A stretch of DNA of 64,000 nucleotides from Chitinophagaceae bacterium UBA4411 (GTDB lineage: Bacteria; Bacteroidota; Bacteroidia; Chitinophagales; Chitinophagaceae). The notes under the pieces were generated by a model, which saw only the letters and a program-made list of their open reading frames with translations, ran no database searches and had not been told where the DNA came from. Made by a program: the position numbers and the translations under genes. Of this stretch, positions 47,407-58,467 are shown piece after piece. The number at the start of each line of letters is the position of its first letter. Position 1 is the stretch's first letter. Where the stretch lies: positions 77,373-141,372 of the forward strand of contig DGQP01000007.1 of the NCBI GenBank assembly GCA_002400415.1, written 5' to 3'.

Positions 47407-48558
47407 TTGATGAGCCAACCACCAGCTGTTCCTGTAGAAAAGGAGAAACTTTTTTTCCGTAACCTTGACGGGTTACGGTTTTTCTCATTTCTTATCGTTT
47501 TCTTTGCACATATATTCGCCACCAACTCTGATTCGATCCGTAGCGAAGGCTGGTACCGGCTTTTTAAAGGAAGGTTGTTCAATGACGGTGATATGGGTGT
47601 TAGCTTTTTCTTTGTACTAAGCGGTTTCCTGATCACCTACCTGCTGATCAAAGAAAAGCAATTGACGGGAATCGTACACATTTCTTCTTTTTATATCAGG
47701 AGAGCATTAAGGATATGGCCGCTGTATTATTTTTGTGTACTGTTTGGTTTCCTGGCTTTCCCGGCTATCAAGACAGCACTCGGGCAATCGCCAGATGAAA
47801 CGGCGGACCCATTTCTGTGCTCTTTGTTCCTGAATAATTTTAATACCGTTTTTAATGGCCCCCCTGATTCCTCTATTTTATCGGTATTGTGGAGTGTGGC
47901 GATTGAAGAACAGTTTTACTTGTTATGGCCCATCCTGTTTTACCTGGTGCCGGCCAAGCGTTATCAATATATCTTTGTCGCTGTTATCAGCATTTCTTTA
48001 CTATACCGCTTTGTTTATCGCGACAAGCAAATAGACCTGCTGACCCTGGGGGTAATTTCGGATATGGCCATCGGGGGCTTGGGCGCTTACTTCTCTATTG
48101 CCAATAAAAAATTTTTGAAGATGATAGCGGAGATGAGCCGATGGATTCACGTGATTCCTTATACCGTGGTTGTGTTCCTGCTATTTTTCAGGCACGATAT
48201 ATTTGGAATACATAACCTGATCATTTTTAAAAGGCTGTTTAGTTCTTTTTTCTTTTGCTGGATCATACTGGAACAGAATTTTGGTAAGAATTCATTCTTT
48301 AAAATATCAAACCTTAAAATCATCAGCAGGCTTGGAAAGTACACCTACGGACTTTACTGCCTGCATACAATTGCCTTACTGGTCGTGGTTGTTGGTCTTG
48401 ACAAACTCGGATGGAACCATTATTCCTGGCAACTCTGGCTGTTTGAACTGCCCCTTGCTATGGGACTGAGTATTTTGTTCAGTTATATCAGTTACCATTA
48501 TTTTGAAAAAAATTTTTTAAAGCTGAAAGACCGGTTTGCGTATATTGTTAGATCCTGA
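47407..48558 (+). CDS. acyltransferase family 3 membrane O-acyltransferase
   Basis: Reads NLDGLRFFSFLIVFFAH...GVSFFFVLSGFLITY...SVAIEEQFYLLWP, with multiple TM helices. Confidence 0.8.
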   Translation: MMSQPPAVPVEKEKLFFRNLDGLRFFSFLIVFFAHIFATNSDSIRSEGWYRLFKGRLFNDGDMGVSFFFVLSGFLITYLLIKEKQLTGIVHISSFYIRRALRIWPLYYFCVLFGFLAFPAIKTALGQSPDETADPFLCSLFLNNFNTVFNGPPDSSILSVLWSVAIEEQFYLLWPILFYLVPAKRYQYIFVAVISISLLYRFVYRDKQIDLLTLGVISDMAIGGLGAYFSIANKKFLKMIAEMSRWIHVIPYTVVVFLLFFRHDIFGIHNLIIFKRLFSSFFFCWIILEQNFGKNSFFKISNLKIISRLGKYTYGLYCLHTIALLVVVVGLDKLGWNHYSWQLWLFELPLAMGLSILFSYISYHYFEKNFLKLKDRFAYIVRS

Positions 48559-48782
48559 TAAATCGTAATTCCTGTTATGGAAAATTTATAATTACTAAGT
48601 GGGAAATGAACAACTTTGTATTGTGCGGGAGAAGGGTAAAGTATAAACTGGATGTCAGCATGAGCGATGGATTGTATAAAGAAGCTGTTTGATAGCGGGT
48701 AAAAATTCCGACAGTAATTTCTTTTACATCAGAATGGACAGCTATAATAGTAAAGTAATATCATTTTTAATAAATAAACAGT

Positions 48783-49793
48783 ATGCCTAAATCATTAATA
48801 ACTGGCGGGGCCGGGTTTATCGGTTCTCATGTGGTAAAACACTGCCTGCAACTGGGACATGAAGTAATAGTAGTAGATGATCTCAGCGGTGGATTTGAAG
48901 ATCATATACCAGGTGATGCCCGTTTCATAAAGGGAAGTGTAGTAGATGAAAAATTTGTCAGCAGACTATTTGCCGAGCACCAGTTTGATTATGTTTATCA
49001 CCTGGCCGCCTATGCAGCTGAGGGACTGTCGCATTTCATACGTCGTTATAACTACAATACTAACCTTATTGGAAGTATCAACCTTATCAATGAGTCAGTA
49101 AAGCAAAAAGTAAAATGTTTTGTTTTTACTTCTTCCATTGCTGTTTATGGCAAGGGGCAATTGCCTATGACGGAAGAAATGACACCTGTTCCGGAGGACC
49201 CTTATGGTGTTTCAAAATATGCTGTAGAGCTGGATTTGAAAGCGGCTCATGAAATGTTTGGATTGAACTATGTTGTTTTTCGCCCGCATAACGTATATGG
49301 GGAGAGCCAGAATATTGGCGATAAATACCGAAACGTGATTGGCATTTTTATGAACCAGATCATGCAAGGAAAAAAACTGACTATTTTTGGCGATGGCTCT
49401 CAGACCCGGGCCTTTAGTTATATCGATGACGTGGCAATCCCGATTGCAAAATCTGTCAACATCCCGGAAGCTCAAAACCAGATCTTCAATATTGGAGCGG
49501 ACAAGCCCTACACCGTAAATGATCTGGCAAAAGTGGTATGTAAAGAGTTTGCTGCGACACCCGACATAAATTACCTGAAAGCACGAAATGAGGTACTACA
49601 TGCTTATTCTGACCATGCAAAAGCTCATCGTGTTTTTGGAAACACTACCGGGATTGGACTGGAAGAAGGAATTGGCCGTATGGCTGCCTGGGCCAAAAAG
49701 GTGGGCGCCAGGCAGGGGCAGGAATTTGAGAATATCGAGATTGCTGAAAAATTACCCGAAGGTTGGAATGTTGTAAGGAAAGACCCTGTTTAG
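48783..49793 (+). CDS. NAD-dependent epimerase/dehydratase family protein
   Basis: Reads GGAGFIGSHVV...YHLAAYAAEG...PYGVSKYAVE, an extended SDR sugar-nucleotide epimerase. Confidence 0.65.
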   Translation: MPKSLITGGAGFIGSHVVKHCLQLGHEVIVVDDLSGGFEDHIPGDARFIKGSVVDEKFVSRLFAEHQFDYVYHLAAYAAEGLSHFIRRYNYNTNLIGSINLINESVKQKVKCFVFTSSIAVYGKGQLPMTEEMTPVPEDPYGVSKYAVELDLKAAHEMFGLNYVVFRPHNVYGESQNIGDKYRNVIGIFMNQIMQGKKLTIFGDGSQTRAFSYIDDVAIPIAKSVNIPEAQNQIFNIGADKPYTVNDLAKVVCKEFAATPDINYLKARNEVLHAYSDHAKAHRVFGNTTGIGLEEGIGRMAAWAKKVGARQGQEFENIEIAEKLPEGWNVVRKDPV

Positions 49794-49844
49794 CCTTTAA
49801 TACCCAAATTAATACCGGCCATTATTGCGCCCCCTATCTGGATT

Positions 49845-50927
49845 ATGAAAAAAGTACTTGTCCTTTGTTTACACCGTCCTAACCGTTCCCCTTCACAACG
49901 ATTCAGGTTTGAAGAGTTTATTCCCTATTTGGAAAAAAACGGGTATTCTTTTGATTTCTCCTATTTACTTAATGAAAAGGATGATAAAGCTTTTTACCGC
50001 CCGGGTCACATCTGGCAAAAAGTGGGTATTGTTATAAAAAGTACATGGAAGAGATGGAATGAAGTAATAAGGGCAAAACAATATGACCTTGTTTTTGTGC
50101 AACGTGAGGCGTTTATGCTTGGCACCGCTTATTTTGAAAAAGCTATTGCAAAAAAAACAGCTCTTGTTTTTGACTTTGATGATTCAATCTGGATGCAGAA
50201 TGTATCAGAAGCCAATAAAAGGCTGAGCTTCCTGAAAAATGCTTCCAAAACATCCGGAATCATCCAATGCGCCAGGAAAGTCTTTGCCGGTAATGAATAC
50301 CTGGCAGATTATGCCCGCCGGTATAATAAAGCTGTTGTCGTAGTGCCTACTACAATAGATATGGAACAGTATAAAAAAACGACAACTTCCAGTTCAGAAA
50401 AAGTATGCATTGGGTGGAGCGGAAGTTTTTCTACAATACAGCATTTTTCCCTGGCTATTCCGGCATTAAAAAGAATAAAAGATAAATACGGGGATAAAGT
50501 GTGGTTTAAAATTATCGGGGACGGTAATTATTATTGTAAAGAACTCGAAACTGCCGGACTTCCCTGGGTCGCGGCTACAGAAGTACAGGATCTTTCGCAA
50601 ATTGATATCGGCATTATGCCCCTTCCGGATGATGAATGGGCCAAAGGGAAATGCGGATTGAAAGGATTACAATACATGGCGTTGGGGATACCCACTTTGA
50701 TGTCGCCGGTAGGAGTAAATAAAGACATCATACAACAAGGAAAAAACGGGTACTTGCCGGCAACAGAGAATGAATGGATTGATATATTGTCAATGCTCAT
50801 AGAAGGTAAAGAGCTACGTTTTCGTATCGGGGATGCAGGAAAGCAAACCGTTCATGATCACTATTCCGTAACAGCCTGGAAAGAAAAATACCTGGAATAT
50901 TTTAACCAACTTACCCAGGCACAATAA
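49845..50927 (+). CDS. glycosyltransferase (GT-B fold)
   Basis: 360 aa protein. C-terminal half shows GT-B features. Sits within the polysaccharide locus. Confidence 0.45.
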   Translation: MKKVLVLCLHRPNRSPSQRFRFEEFIPYLEKNGYSFDFSYLLNEKDDKAFYRPGHIWQKVGIVIKSTWKRWNEVIRAKQYDLVFVQREAFMLGTAYFEKAIAKKTALVFDFDDSIWMQNVSEANKRLSFLKNASKTSGIIQCARKVFAGNEYLADYARRYNKAVVVVPTTIDMEQYKKTTTSSSEKVCIGWSGSFSTIQHFSLAIPALKRIKDKYGDKVWFKIIGDGNYYCKELETAGLPWVAATEVQDLSQIDIGIMPLPDDEWAKGKCGLKGLQYMALGIPTLMSPVGVNKDIIQQGKNGYLPATENEWIDILSMLIEGKELRFRIGDAGKQTVHDHYSVTAWKEKYLEYFNQLTQAQ

Positions 50928-51035
50928 GATTGCTCTGCAGCAGGATAAGTTTCATGTTCCGCAGCGGACAGTCGACCAATAAGAAGGAGTACCTTTATCA
51001 ATTATTCACCATTAACACCCCTTAAGGAAAGAGCT

Positions 51036-51899
51036 ATGAAAGGAATTATTCTCGCTGGTGGCAGTGGTACAAGATTATACCCGATCACCAAAGCTATCTC
51101 CAAGCAGTTAATGCCGATCTATGATAAGCCCATGATCTATTACCCCTTGTCCATCCTGATGATGGCGGGTATCAAAGATGTGCTGATCATCACCACACCG
51201 GAGGATAACCCGCAATTCAAAAGATTGCTGGGTGATGGCAGCCAGGTAGGTTGCCGGTTTGAATATGCGATACAGGAAATACCCAATGGGCTGGCACAGG
51301 CTTTTGTCATAGGTGAAAAATTTATCGGTGCCGATAAAGTGGCGCTGATACTGGGTGATAATATATTTTATGGAACAGGGTTGGAACAACAACTAATCAC
51401 ACTCACCGATGTGGTAGGTGGTTATGTTTTTGCCTACCAGGTAAGTGACCCTGAGCGTTACGGCGTGGTGGAATTTGACAGGAACAATAAGGCTATTTCT
51501 ATTGAGGAAAAGCCTGCGGCTCCCAAATCAAACTATGCAGTGCCTGGTTTGTATTTTTATGACAATGAAGTAGTGTCAATTGCCAAAGACCTGGAACCCT
51601 CTCCAAGAGGTGAATACGAAATCACTGACATAAACAAAGAATACCTGAAAAGGGGGACATTGAAAGTCGCCATTCTTGACCAGGGGACTGCCTGGTTAGA
51701 TACTGGTACTTTTGACTCACTTAGTGATGCTAGTGAATTTGTGAGGGTGATTGAGAAAAGGCAGGGAACTAATATCGGCTGTGTAGAAGAGATTGCTTAC
51801 CGAAAAAATTTTATCAGCAAAGAACAATTACTGGTACTAGCTGATGCTCTTGTCAAAAGCGGGTATGGCAGTTATCTTAAAAACGTTGCGGGTCGCTGA
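51036..51899 (+). CDS. rfbA: glucose-1-phosphate thymidylyltransferase
   Basis: [18 protein letters not shown]...[17 protein letters not shown] is the canonical RfbA/RmlA N-terminus. Confidence 0.9.
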   Translation: MKGIILAGGSGTRLYPITKAISKQLMPIYDKPMIYYPLSILMMAGIKDVLIITTPEDNPQFKRLLGDGSQVGCRFEYAIQEIPNGLAQAFVIGEKFIGADKVALILGDNIFYGTGLEQQLITLTDVVGGYVFAYQVSDPERYGVVEFDRNNKAISIEEKPAAPKSNYAVPGLYFYDNEVVSIAKDLEPSPRGEYEITDINKEYLKRGTLKVAILDQGTAWLDTGTFDSLSDASEFVRVIEKRQGTNIGCVEEIAYRKNFISKEQLLVLADALVKSGYGSYLKNVAGR

Positions 51900-51900
51900 T

Positions 51901-52476
51901 ATGAGCTGGTTAGCACATCCTACTGCCGTGATCGATGAAGGTTGCCGTATCGGTGAAAAGACGAGGATCTGGCACTTTAGCCATGTCATGTCCGGCAGCG
52001 AGATTGGTCATCATTGTAATATCGGTCAGAATGTTTTTATAGCAGCCGGTGTGAAAATCGGCAATAATGTGAAAGTGCAGAATAATGTTTCAGTGTATGA
52101 AGGAGTGATATGCGAAGATGATGTTTTTATCGGGCCATCTGTCGTATTCACCAATGTATTAAACCCGCGGAGCGCCATCAGCCGTAAACATGAGTATAAA
52201 AAGACAATGATCCGAAAAGGCGCCTCCATTGGAGCCAATGCAACAATAGTGTGTGGAGTTGAAATTGGGACATATGCATTTATTGGCGCCGGCACTGTGG
52301 TCATAAAAAGTATCTCCGGCTATGCATTGGTAGTGGGTAACCCTGCTTTACAAAAAGGATGGGTGAGCGAATACGGTCGGCGGCTGCAATTTGATGTGCA
52401 GGGGAAAGCGGTGTGCAGTGAGAGTGGCCAGCAATACCAATTACTAAACGGGCAGGTCTCAAAAATAAGCGATTGA
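51901..52476 (+). CDS. hexapeptide-repeat N-acetyltransferase (WbpD/WlbB-like)
   Basis: Left-handed beta-helix repeats ([31 protein letters not shown]). The start immediately follows the rfbA stop. Confidence 0.7.
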   Translation: MSWLAHPTAVIDEGCRIGEKTRIWHFSHVMSGSEIGHHCNIGQNVFIAAGVKIGNNVKVQNNVSVYEGVICEDDVFIGPSVVFTNVLNPRSAISRKHEYKKTMIRKGASIGANATIVCGVEIGTYAFIGAGTVVIKSISGYALVVGNPALQKGWVSEYGRRLQFDVQGKAVCSESGQQYQLLNGQVSKISD

Positions 52477-53378
52477 AAAATTTTGCATTAATCGGTGCCG
52501 GTGGATATATTGCCCCCCGCCACCTGAAAGCCATAAAGGAAACAGGAAACAGGCTGCTGGCAGCGCTGGATGTGCATGATTCTGTAGGTGTGCTGGATAA
52601 TTATTTCCCTGATGCTGCTTTCTTTACCTCCGTTTCTGAGTTTGAAAAACACCTACAGCAACTAAAAGCGGGAGGATCAGCGATAGATTATATAACGGTT
52701 TGTTCTCCCAATTACCGTCATGAAGAGCATATTTTGCTGGGATTTCGTGCAGGGGCGGATGTGATTTGCGAAAAGCCGGTTGTGCTTTACCCCGAAAGTC
52801 TAGCTGCGCTGACAGGGGCGGAAATGGAAACCGGCAGAAAGGTTTATACAATCATGCAGCTACGGCTGCACCCTGCTATCATTGCATTAAAGGAAAGAAT
52901 AAATACTGCAGCCGGTTCGCAGCGGTATGCAGTGGAGGTAAAATATGTTACGGCTAGGGGAAGATGGTATCATAGCAGTTGGAAAGGAGATACCCGTAAA
53001 AGCGGGGGCATAGCCACCAATATCGGGATCCATTTATTTGATATACTGTTGTGGTTATTTGGCGATGTAAAGGAAAACAAAGTTTTTCTTCGCCATCCGG
53101 AAAAAGCTACAGGCAAACTGGTTTTGGAAAATGCAGAAGTGAGTTGGCAGCTAAGTATTGATCAAAATGACCTGCCGCAGTCGGTCATGAACGAACAGAG
53201 AAGGATTTTCCGTTCATTGCTGATAAATGAAGAAGAAATTGATTTTTCTGAAGGGCTGATGTCCCTTCATACCGCCAGTTACCAAGCCATACTTGCGGGT
53301 AAAGGCTTTTGTCTTGAAACCACCGGCCCCTCTGTGCGGTTGGTCACTGAAATTAGGAATGCATTAATCAATAACTGA
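52473..53378 (+). CDS. Gfo/Idh/MocA family oxidoreductase (WbpB/WlbA-like sugar-nucleotide 3-dehydrogenase)
   Basis: [17 protein letters not shown]...ICEKP matches the NAD-binding Rossmann motif and EKP motif. Confidence 0.7.
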   Translation: MKNFALIGAGGYIAPRHLKAIKETGNRLLAALDVHDSVGVLDNYFPDAAFFTSVSEFEKHLQQLKAGGSAIDYITVCSPNYRHEEHILLGFRAGADVICEKPVVLYPESLAALTGAEMETGRKVYTIMQLRLHPAIIALKERINTAAGSQRYAVEVKYVTARGRWYHSSWKGDTRKSGGIATNIGIHLFDILLWLFGDVKENKVFLRHPEKATGKLVLENAEVSWQLSIDQNDLPQSVMNEQRRIFRSLLINEEEIDFSEGLMSLHTASYQAILAGKGFCLETTGPSVRLVTEIRNALINN

Positions 53379-53383
53379 TCGAC

Positions 53384-54022
53384 ATGATTAAAAAAGCGGC
53401 AAAAACAATACTTGTTCTTTCCCCGCATACTGATGACGGTGAACTGGGCTGCGGCGCATGTATAGCACGTTTTATAAATGAAGGGAGCAGGGTTATTTAT
53501 GCAGCTTTCTCTTTATGCAGAGATTCATTACCCGCCGGTTATGCTGCGGACACATTGGAAAAGGAAGTTAAAAGGGCAACAGCAAAACTGGGTATTGATC
53601 AAAAGGATCTTATATTATTTGATTACCCGGTACGCCGTTTTAGTGAATACCGACAAGCTATTTTAAATGAATTGCTGGGCCTGCAAAGGAAATATAAACC
53701 TGGGATACTGTTTGTGCCATCTTCTACTGATATCCATCAGGATCATGCTGTTATTTACGCAGAATCGCTGCGGGTATTTAAGTACAGCAGTATTTATGGG
53801 TATGAAATGCCATGGAATAATTTTTCATTTACAGGCAGCAGTTTTATTAAAATAAATCGCAGGCAGTTAGATAAAAAGATACAGGCTCTGTTACAATATG
53901 GGTCTCAGCAGCACCGGTCTTATATGCAGCCCTCATTTATTGAATCGCTGGCAATAGTTCGGGGGGTGCAGGCTGGTTGTGAATTTGCAGAATGTTTTGA
54001 AACGGCTCGAACCATTGTTTAA
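53384..54022 (+). CDS. PIG-L (LmbE-like) family deacetylase
   Basis: Reads ILVLSPHTDDGELGCG...HQDH, the PIG-L zinc-binding motifs. Confidence 0.75.
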   Translation: MIKKAAKTILVLSPHTDDGELGCGACIARFINEGSRVIYAAFSLCRDSLPAGYAADTLEKEVKRATAKLGIDQKDLILFDYPVRRFSEYRQAILNELLGLQRKYKPGILFVPSSTDIHQDHAVIYAESLRVFKYSSIYGYEMPWNNFSFTGSSFIKINRRQLDKKIQALLQYGSQQHRSYMQPSFIESLAIVRGVQAGCEFAECFETARTIV

Positions 54023-54153
54023 TTTTCTATTGCCTTCTGAAATGATCTGTTCATTTATTCCTGAAGTTTGTTTGCCAAAAGAAATTATCCTGAGCTGATA
54101 AGATTAAATTGCCACTACACCATTCTTCTTTTTTGAAATAAATACAAATCACC

Positions 54154-54828
54154 ATGTTTAGTAGAGTCAGAAACCAGTTTAAACATTATGTAAACCGAGT
54201 AGATAAAGGCTACAAAAGACTATTTATTAAAGGGCAGCACCAGTTAACGGCCACAACATCCTATAACCGATACCCGGGCATATTTGGGCTGGTCAAATAT
54301 TTTTTTGATGAGGGCAGAGCGCCTGTCAAAATATTATCCTATGGATGTTCAACCGGTGAAGAATGTTTTACTCTTAAAGAGTATTTCCCTTTTTCAACAA
54401 TTATTGGGGTAGATATATATAAACCCAATCTTGAAAAGGCGATAAAGAGAAACTATTCTAAGGATATTTCTTTTTTGCTTTCAACGACAGGCAATATTGA
54501 AAAAAACGGCCCCTATGATATCATTTTTGTCATGTCTGTTTTATGCCGATGGGAGGATACCAAAGACAAGGAAAATTGCTCATCGGAATATCCTTTTCAT
54601 CAATATGAAAATGGGATTTATCAATTTGATAATGTTCTAAAAAGGGGGGGGGTATTGGTTATTTATAATAGCAATTATTGTTTTTGTGATTCATCGTTTT
54701 ATCATAAATATAAACCGCTGTTTGTTGCCGAAACAGTTGAAAGCGGGTTTGTGCATAAATTTCATAAATCGGGTCTGAGGAGAAAAGAAAATTATCCGGA
54801 AGTTATCTTTCAAAAAATTGAAGGCTGA
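54154..54828 (+). CDS. hypothetical protein, possible SAM-dependent methyltransferase; contains G9 homopolymer
   Basis: ILSYGCSTGEE is a weak motif-I-like sequence. A 9-G tract at 54654-54662 encodes RGG. Confidence 0.4.
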   Translation: MFSRVRNQFKHYVNRVDKGYKRLFIKGQHQLTATTSYNRYPGIFGLVKYFFDEGRAPVKILSYGCSTGEECFTLKEYFPFSTIIGVDIYKPNLEKAIKRNYSKDISFLLSTTGNIEKNGPYDIIFVMSVLCRWEDTKDKENCSSEYPFHQYENGIYQFDNVLKRGGVLVIYNSNYCFCDSSFYHKYKPLFVAETVESGFVHKFHKSGLRRKENYPEVIFQKIEG

Positions 54829-54839
54829 ATAGCGAACCT

Positions 54840-56129
54840 ATGAAACTGGACAAGTACAAAAAATTTTTCAAGAGGGACTTTGTCAGCGATGTTGCCGTAA
54901 CCTTATTTGGAAACGGGCTTGCTTTTGTCATCTCGTTTGTGCTTACTCCTTTTATCACAAGGGCCTATTCCCCGGAAGCTTATGGAACTTTTTCCATGGT
55001 CTATTCTATCGTGATGGTAATGTCGGTGTTTTCCACCCTTTCTTTTACCAATGCCTTGGTGCTTGCCAAAGAAAAGGAGACTTTCTATTATCTCGTAAGA
55101 ATCTCAGTTATTTCAACGATCACTTTTTGTTTGCTTATACTGGGCGTCATTTTCATGTTTAGAGGCGAGATCATAACCCGGTTTGAACTGCAACTACTGG
55201 GAAACTGGATTTTTCTTATACCATTTTTACTATTCTTTATTTCCATTTACCAGATCATCTTTAACTGGAACCTCCGGCTGAAAGAATTTAAGCGGGCCAG
55301 TAAAATAAAAATAGCCTATACACTCACTGCAAAAGGTGTTGCTATTCTGGGCAGCCGGATAGCCGGCTCTCATCCGGCCCTGATGGTCTTGGGTGAATTA
55401 CTCGGGTACATGTTGCAGGATGTGTACCTGGCGAGCAAGCTGGTGATCGGGGAAATAAAGGAATCTTTTTCTTTTAAGAGTATTAAAAGAATGAGAGAGG
55501 TTTTTTATGAATACCGGGAATATCCCAGTTTTTTTATGTTTTCTAACCTGCTGATTGTTTTGTACACATCCACCCAAAATCTGGTTATTGCAAAACAGTT
55601 CGGAATTGATAATACAGGATATTTTTCACTGGCTTCTTCCGTTACGAATATCCCCACTCAATTGATTTCCCTTGCCCTTGCCCCTATTTTTTACCAGAAA
55701 CTGACAGAGCTTTTTTATAATACTCCGGAAAGATTATACTCTTTTGCAAGGAAGGCCTGTTTGTACCTTGCAGTAGCAGCCATTGTACCTTATGGAGTCA
55801 TTATCCTGTTTGGGGAGCCACTGTTTTCATTTTTTTTCGGGACCAAATGGGGTTTCTCCGGTAATATTGCATCCCTGCTTTCCATCTATTTTTATTTTTA
55901 TTTTATCAGTTTTCCTTTCTCTTCCCTGTTCAGGGTATTGGGAAAAATTAAATTATTTTTTTACTTAAACCTTTTATCAGTTGCTGGCGGCACCCTGCTG
56001 CTTTACTTTCTCTCATTATCATTTAGTTTTTATGATACACTACTGTATATCACCCTGTTCAATTCGGGAGCGCAGGCTATTATTTTGATGACTGCATTAT
56101 ATCTGTCTTACAGGAAGCAGAAACACTAA
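54840..56129 (+). CDS. wzx: oligosaccharide flippase (Wzx, MOP superfamily)
   Basis: 429 aa protein with about 12 predicted TM helices, at the locus position of a Wzx flippase. Confidence 0.65.
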   Translation: MKLDKYKKFFKRDFVSDVAVTLFGNGLAFVISFVLTPFITRAYSPEAYGTFSMVYSIVMVMSVFSTLSFTNALVLAKEKETFYYLVRISVISTITFCLLILGVIFMFRGEIITRFELQLLGNWIFLIPFLLFFISIYQIIFNWNLRLKEFKRASKIKIAYTLTAKGVAILGSRIAGSHPALMVLGELLGYMLQDVYLASKLVIGEIKESFSFKSIKRMREVFYEYREYPSFFMFSNLLIVLYTSTQNLVIAKQFGIDNTGYFSLASSVTNIPTQLISLALAPIFYQKLTELFYNTPERLYSFARKACLYLAVAAIVPYGVIILFGEPLFSFFFGTKWGFSGNIASLLSIYFYFYFISFPFSSLFRVLGKIKLFFYLNLLSVAGGTLLLYFLSLSFSFYDTLLYITLFNSGAQAIILMTALYLSYRKQKH

Positions 56130-56164
56130 CCCAAACCGGAATCAATAAGGAGGTATTAAAGAAT

Positions 56165-57286
56165 ATGAAATTGTTATTTGTTTTTGGAACAAGGCCGGAA
56201 GCCATAAAAATGGCCCCCCTGATTATTAAATGCAAATCGAAGCCAGAGCTGTTTGACGTAAAAGTATGTGTAACGGGCCAGCACCGTGAAATGCTTGACC
56301 AGGTATTGGCTTTTTTTAATATTGCCCCTGACGTGAATTTTGGCGGAATGAAAACCAATCAAACCCTGTTTGATGTCACAATAAACGTAATTTCGGGGTT
56401 GGAAAAAGTTTTGGCAGATTATACACCTGATTATCTTATCGTACAGGGAGATACAAGTTCGGCTTTTGCAGGAGCACTGGCTGCCTATTATAAAAAAATA
56501 AAGGTTATTCACCTGGAGGCAGGCCTCCGTAGCGATGATTTATATTCTCCCTGGCCGGAAGAAGGAAACAGGCAGCTGATCGGCCGTATTGCCAATTTTC
56601 ATTTTACACCCACTGCTAAAGCTACCGAAGCGCTCAAAAAGGAAAATATTGTGAACAACGTGTACCAGGTTGGCAATACGGTAATTGATGCCCTGCTGAT
56701 GGTTCATGAAAAAGTAAAGCATGATAACAGTATCAGCGTACAGTTTGAGAAAATTGATTTTTCCAAACGACTTATCCTGATAACAGGCCACCGGCGGGAA
56801 AGTTTTGGTGATCCTTTCCTCCAGATCTGTGAAGCCATCAGGGAATTGTCCCGGCAATATCCCGGCTGTAATTTCTTATACCCGGTACACCTGAACCCGA
56901 ATGTTCAAAACCAGGTGTATAAAATACTGGATGGCATCGGGAATATATTTCTTTTTCCCCCGGTTGATTATCCTGCCATGGTCTGGCTGCTGAATAAGTC
57001 ACACCTTGTAATTACTGATTCAGGGGGTATCCAGGAAGAAGCGCCTACTTTCGGAAAGCCTGTTCTGGTTATGCGAAATGTAACAGAAAGGACCGAAGGT
57101 ATTGAAGCAGGCACAGCCCGCCTCGTAGGCACCAGTAAGGAAAACATTATTGCTTCCGTTACAGAACTACTGGATAATGAAACGGCTTATTATAAAATGG
57201 CCAAAGCGGTAAACCCCTATGGTGATGGAACAGCTTCAGAACAAATAATAAAAATCCTTTGTAAGAATACAAATCCGTCATTATGA
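56165..57286 (+). CDS. wecB: UDP-N-acetylglucosamine 2-epimerase (non-hydrolysing)
   Basis: Reads KLLFVFGTRPEAIKMAPLI...HLEAGLRS...VQGDT, the canonical WecB sequence. Confidence 0.85.
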   Translation: MKLLFVFGTRPEAIKMAPLIIKCKSKPELFDVKVCVTGQHREMLDQVLAFFNIAPDVNFGGMKTNQTLFDVTINVISGLEKVLADYTPDYLIVQGDTSSAFAGALAAYYKKIKVIHLEAGLRSDDLYSPWPEEGNRQLIGRIANFHFTPTAKATEALKKENIVNNVYQVGNTVIDALLMVHEKVKHDNSISVQFEKIDFSKRLILITGHRRESFGDPFLQICEAIRELSRQYPGCNFLYPVHLNPNVQNQVYKILDGIGNIFLFPPVDYPAMVWLLNKSHLVITDSGGIQEEAPTFGKPVLVMRNVTERTEGIEAGTARLVGTSKENIIASVTELLDNETAYYKMAKAVNPYGDGTASEQIIKILCKNTNPSL

Positions 57287-58449
57287 ATTTGAATGAAAAG
57301 CCGATCTATTTTCCCGGACTGAACGGGTTAAGGTTTATAGCCGCCTTCATTGTTGTTATTTGCCATGTAGAACAAAGAAAAATGGACCTTGGGTTTGCCA
57401 ATTTTTTTGATCAGTATTTTTTTCAAAATGCTGCTGGCCTGGGTGTAACCCTGTTTTTTGTACTCAGCGGGTTCCTCATCACCTACCTGCTTTTAGTTGA
57501 AAAAAAAACTTATGGAAAGATCGGGCTAAAAAATTTTTATATCCGCCGTATTCTCCGTATATGGCCTTTGTATTACCTAATAGTAATCTTGGCTTGTTTT
57601 GTTTTCCCGCATATTTCCTGGTTTGATTTGCCAGAAATGGAAAATTACAGGGATAATTTTGATTTTAAATTATTAATGCTCATCCTGATACTGCCCAACG
57701 TACTGCACATTTTACATGCAGATGTACCTTATTCCGGTCAGACATGGAGCATTGGCGTTGAAGAACAGTTTTATTTATTGTGGCCTTTCTTGTTTCAATG
57801 GATAAAAAAATATATTTTGGTTTTATTATTTATTATAGCAATAGTCGTTATCCTGGGTAACGGGTTCTTATATGTTGCCAATAATTTTTTCGAAGAACAG
57901 GATCGACCGTCTTCCGGGGCGTATAAAACACTTCATTTTATTGGGACGTATTTTACTTTTTTCCGTATCGGGTCAATGGCAATGGGTGGAATTGGAGCTT
58001 GCCTGCTTTTTTTTGATCATAGGTGGAAAAAAATTTTTGTGAATTCTTTTGCTGAAGCTGCAGCCTGGATATTGCTTTTAATTCTCCTGGTGATGAAAGT
58101 AAGAATCCCCTATGTCTATAATGAAGTGTTTTCCGTTATTTTCTTTGTAATTATTCTTAATGCAGGGTCAGGAAAAAGTATTTTTCATTTTTTACTGGAA
58201 AACCGACCCATGCATTATTTGGGAAAAATATCCTATGGCATTTACATGTATCATGCTATAGCCATAGTTTTAGTAATTAAACTATTTAATAAGCTGGGTT
58301 TCTCTTTTAGTGTAACAGTAACAATATTGCTCGACCTTTTTGTACTGGTTGCTACAATTTTACTGGCAAGCCTTTCTTACCAATATTTTGAAAAACCATT
58401 TATCCATAAGAAAATAAAATTTCAACGGGTAAGAAGCGGGGATGAATGA
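57283..58449 (+). CDS. acyltransferase family 3 membrane O-acyltransferase (second copy)
   Basis: Reads GLNGLRFIAAFIVVICH...LFFVLSGFLITY...SIGVEEQFYLLWP. Confidence 0.8.
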   Translation: MNLNEKPIYFPGLNGLRFIAAFIVVICHVEQRKMDLGFANFFDQYFFQNAAGLGVTLFFVLSGFLITYLLLVEKKTYGKIGLKNFYIRRILRIWPLYYLIVILACFVFPHISWFDLPEMENYRDNFDFKLLMLILILPNVLHILHADVPYSGQTWSIGVEEQFYLLWPFLFQWIKKYILVLLFIIAIVVILGNGFLYVANNFFEEQDRPSSGAYKTLHFIGTYFTFFRIGSMAMGGIGACLLFFDHRWKKIFVNSFAEAAAWILLLILLVMKVRIPYVYNEVFSVIFFVIILNAGSGKSIFHFLLENRPMHYLGKISYGIYMYHAIAIVLVIKLFNKLGFSFSVTVTILLDLFVLVATILLASLSYQYFEKPFIHKKIKFQRVRSGDE

Positions 58450-58467
58450 ACTGCAATAAACTATAAC

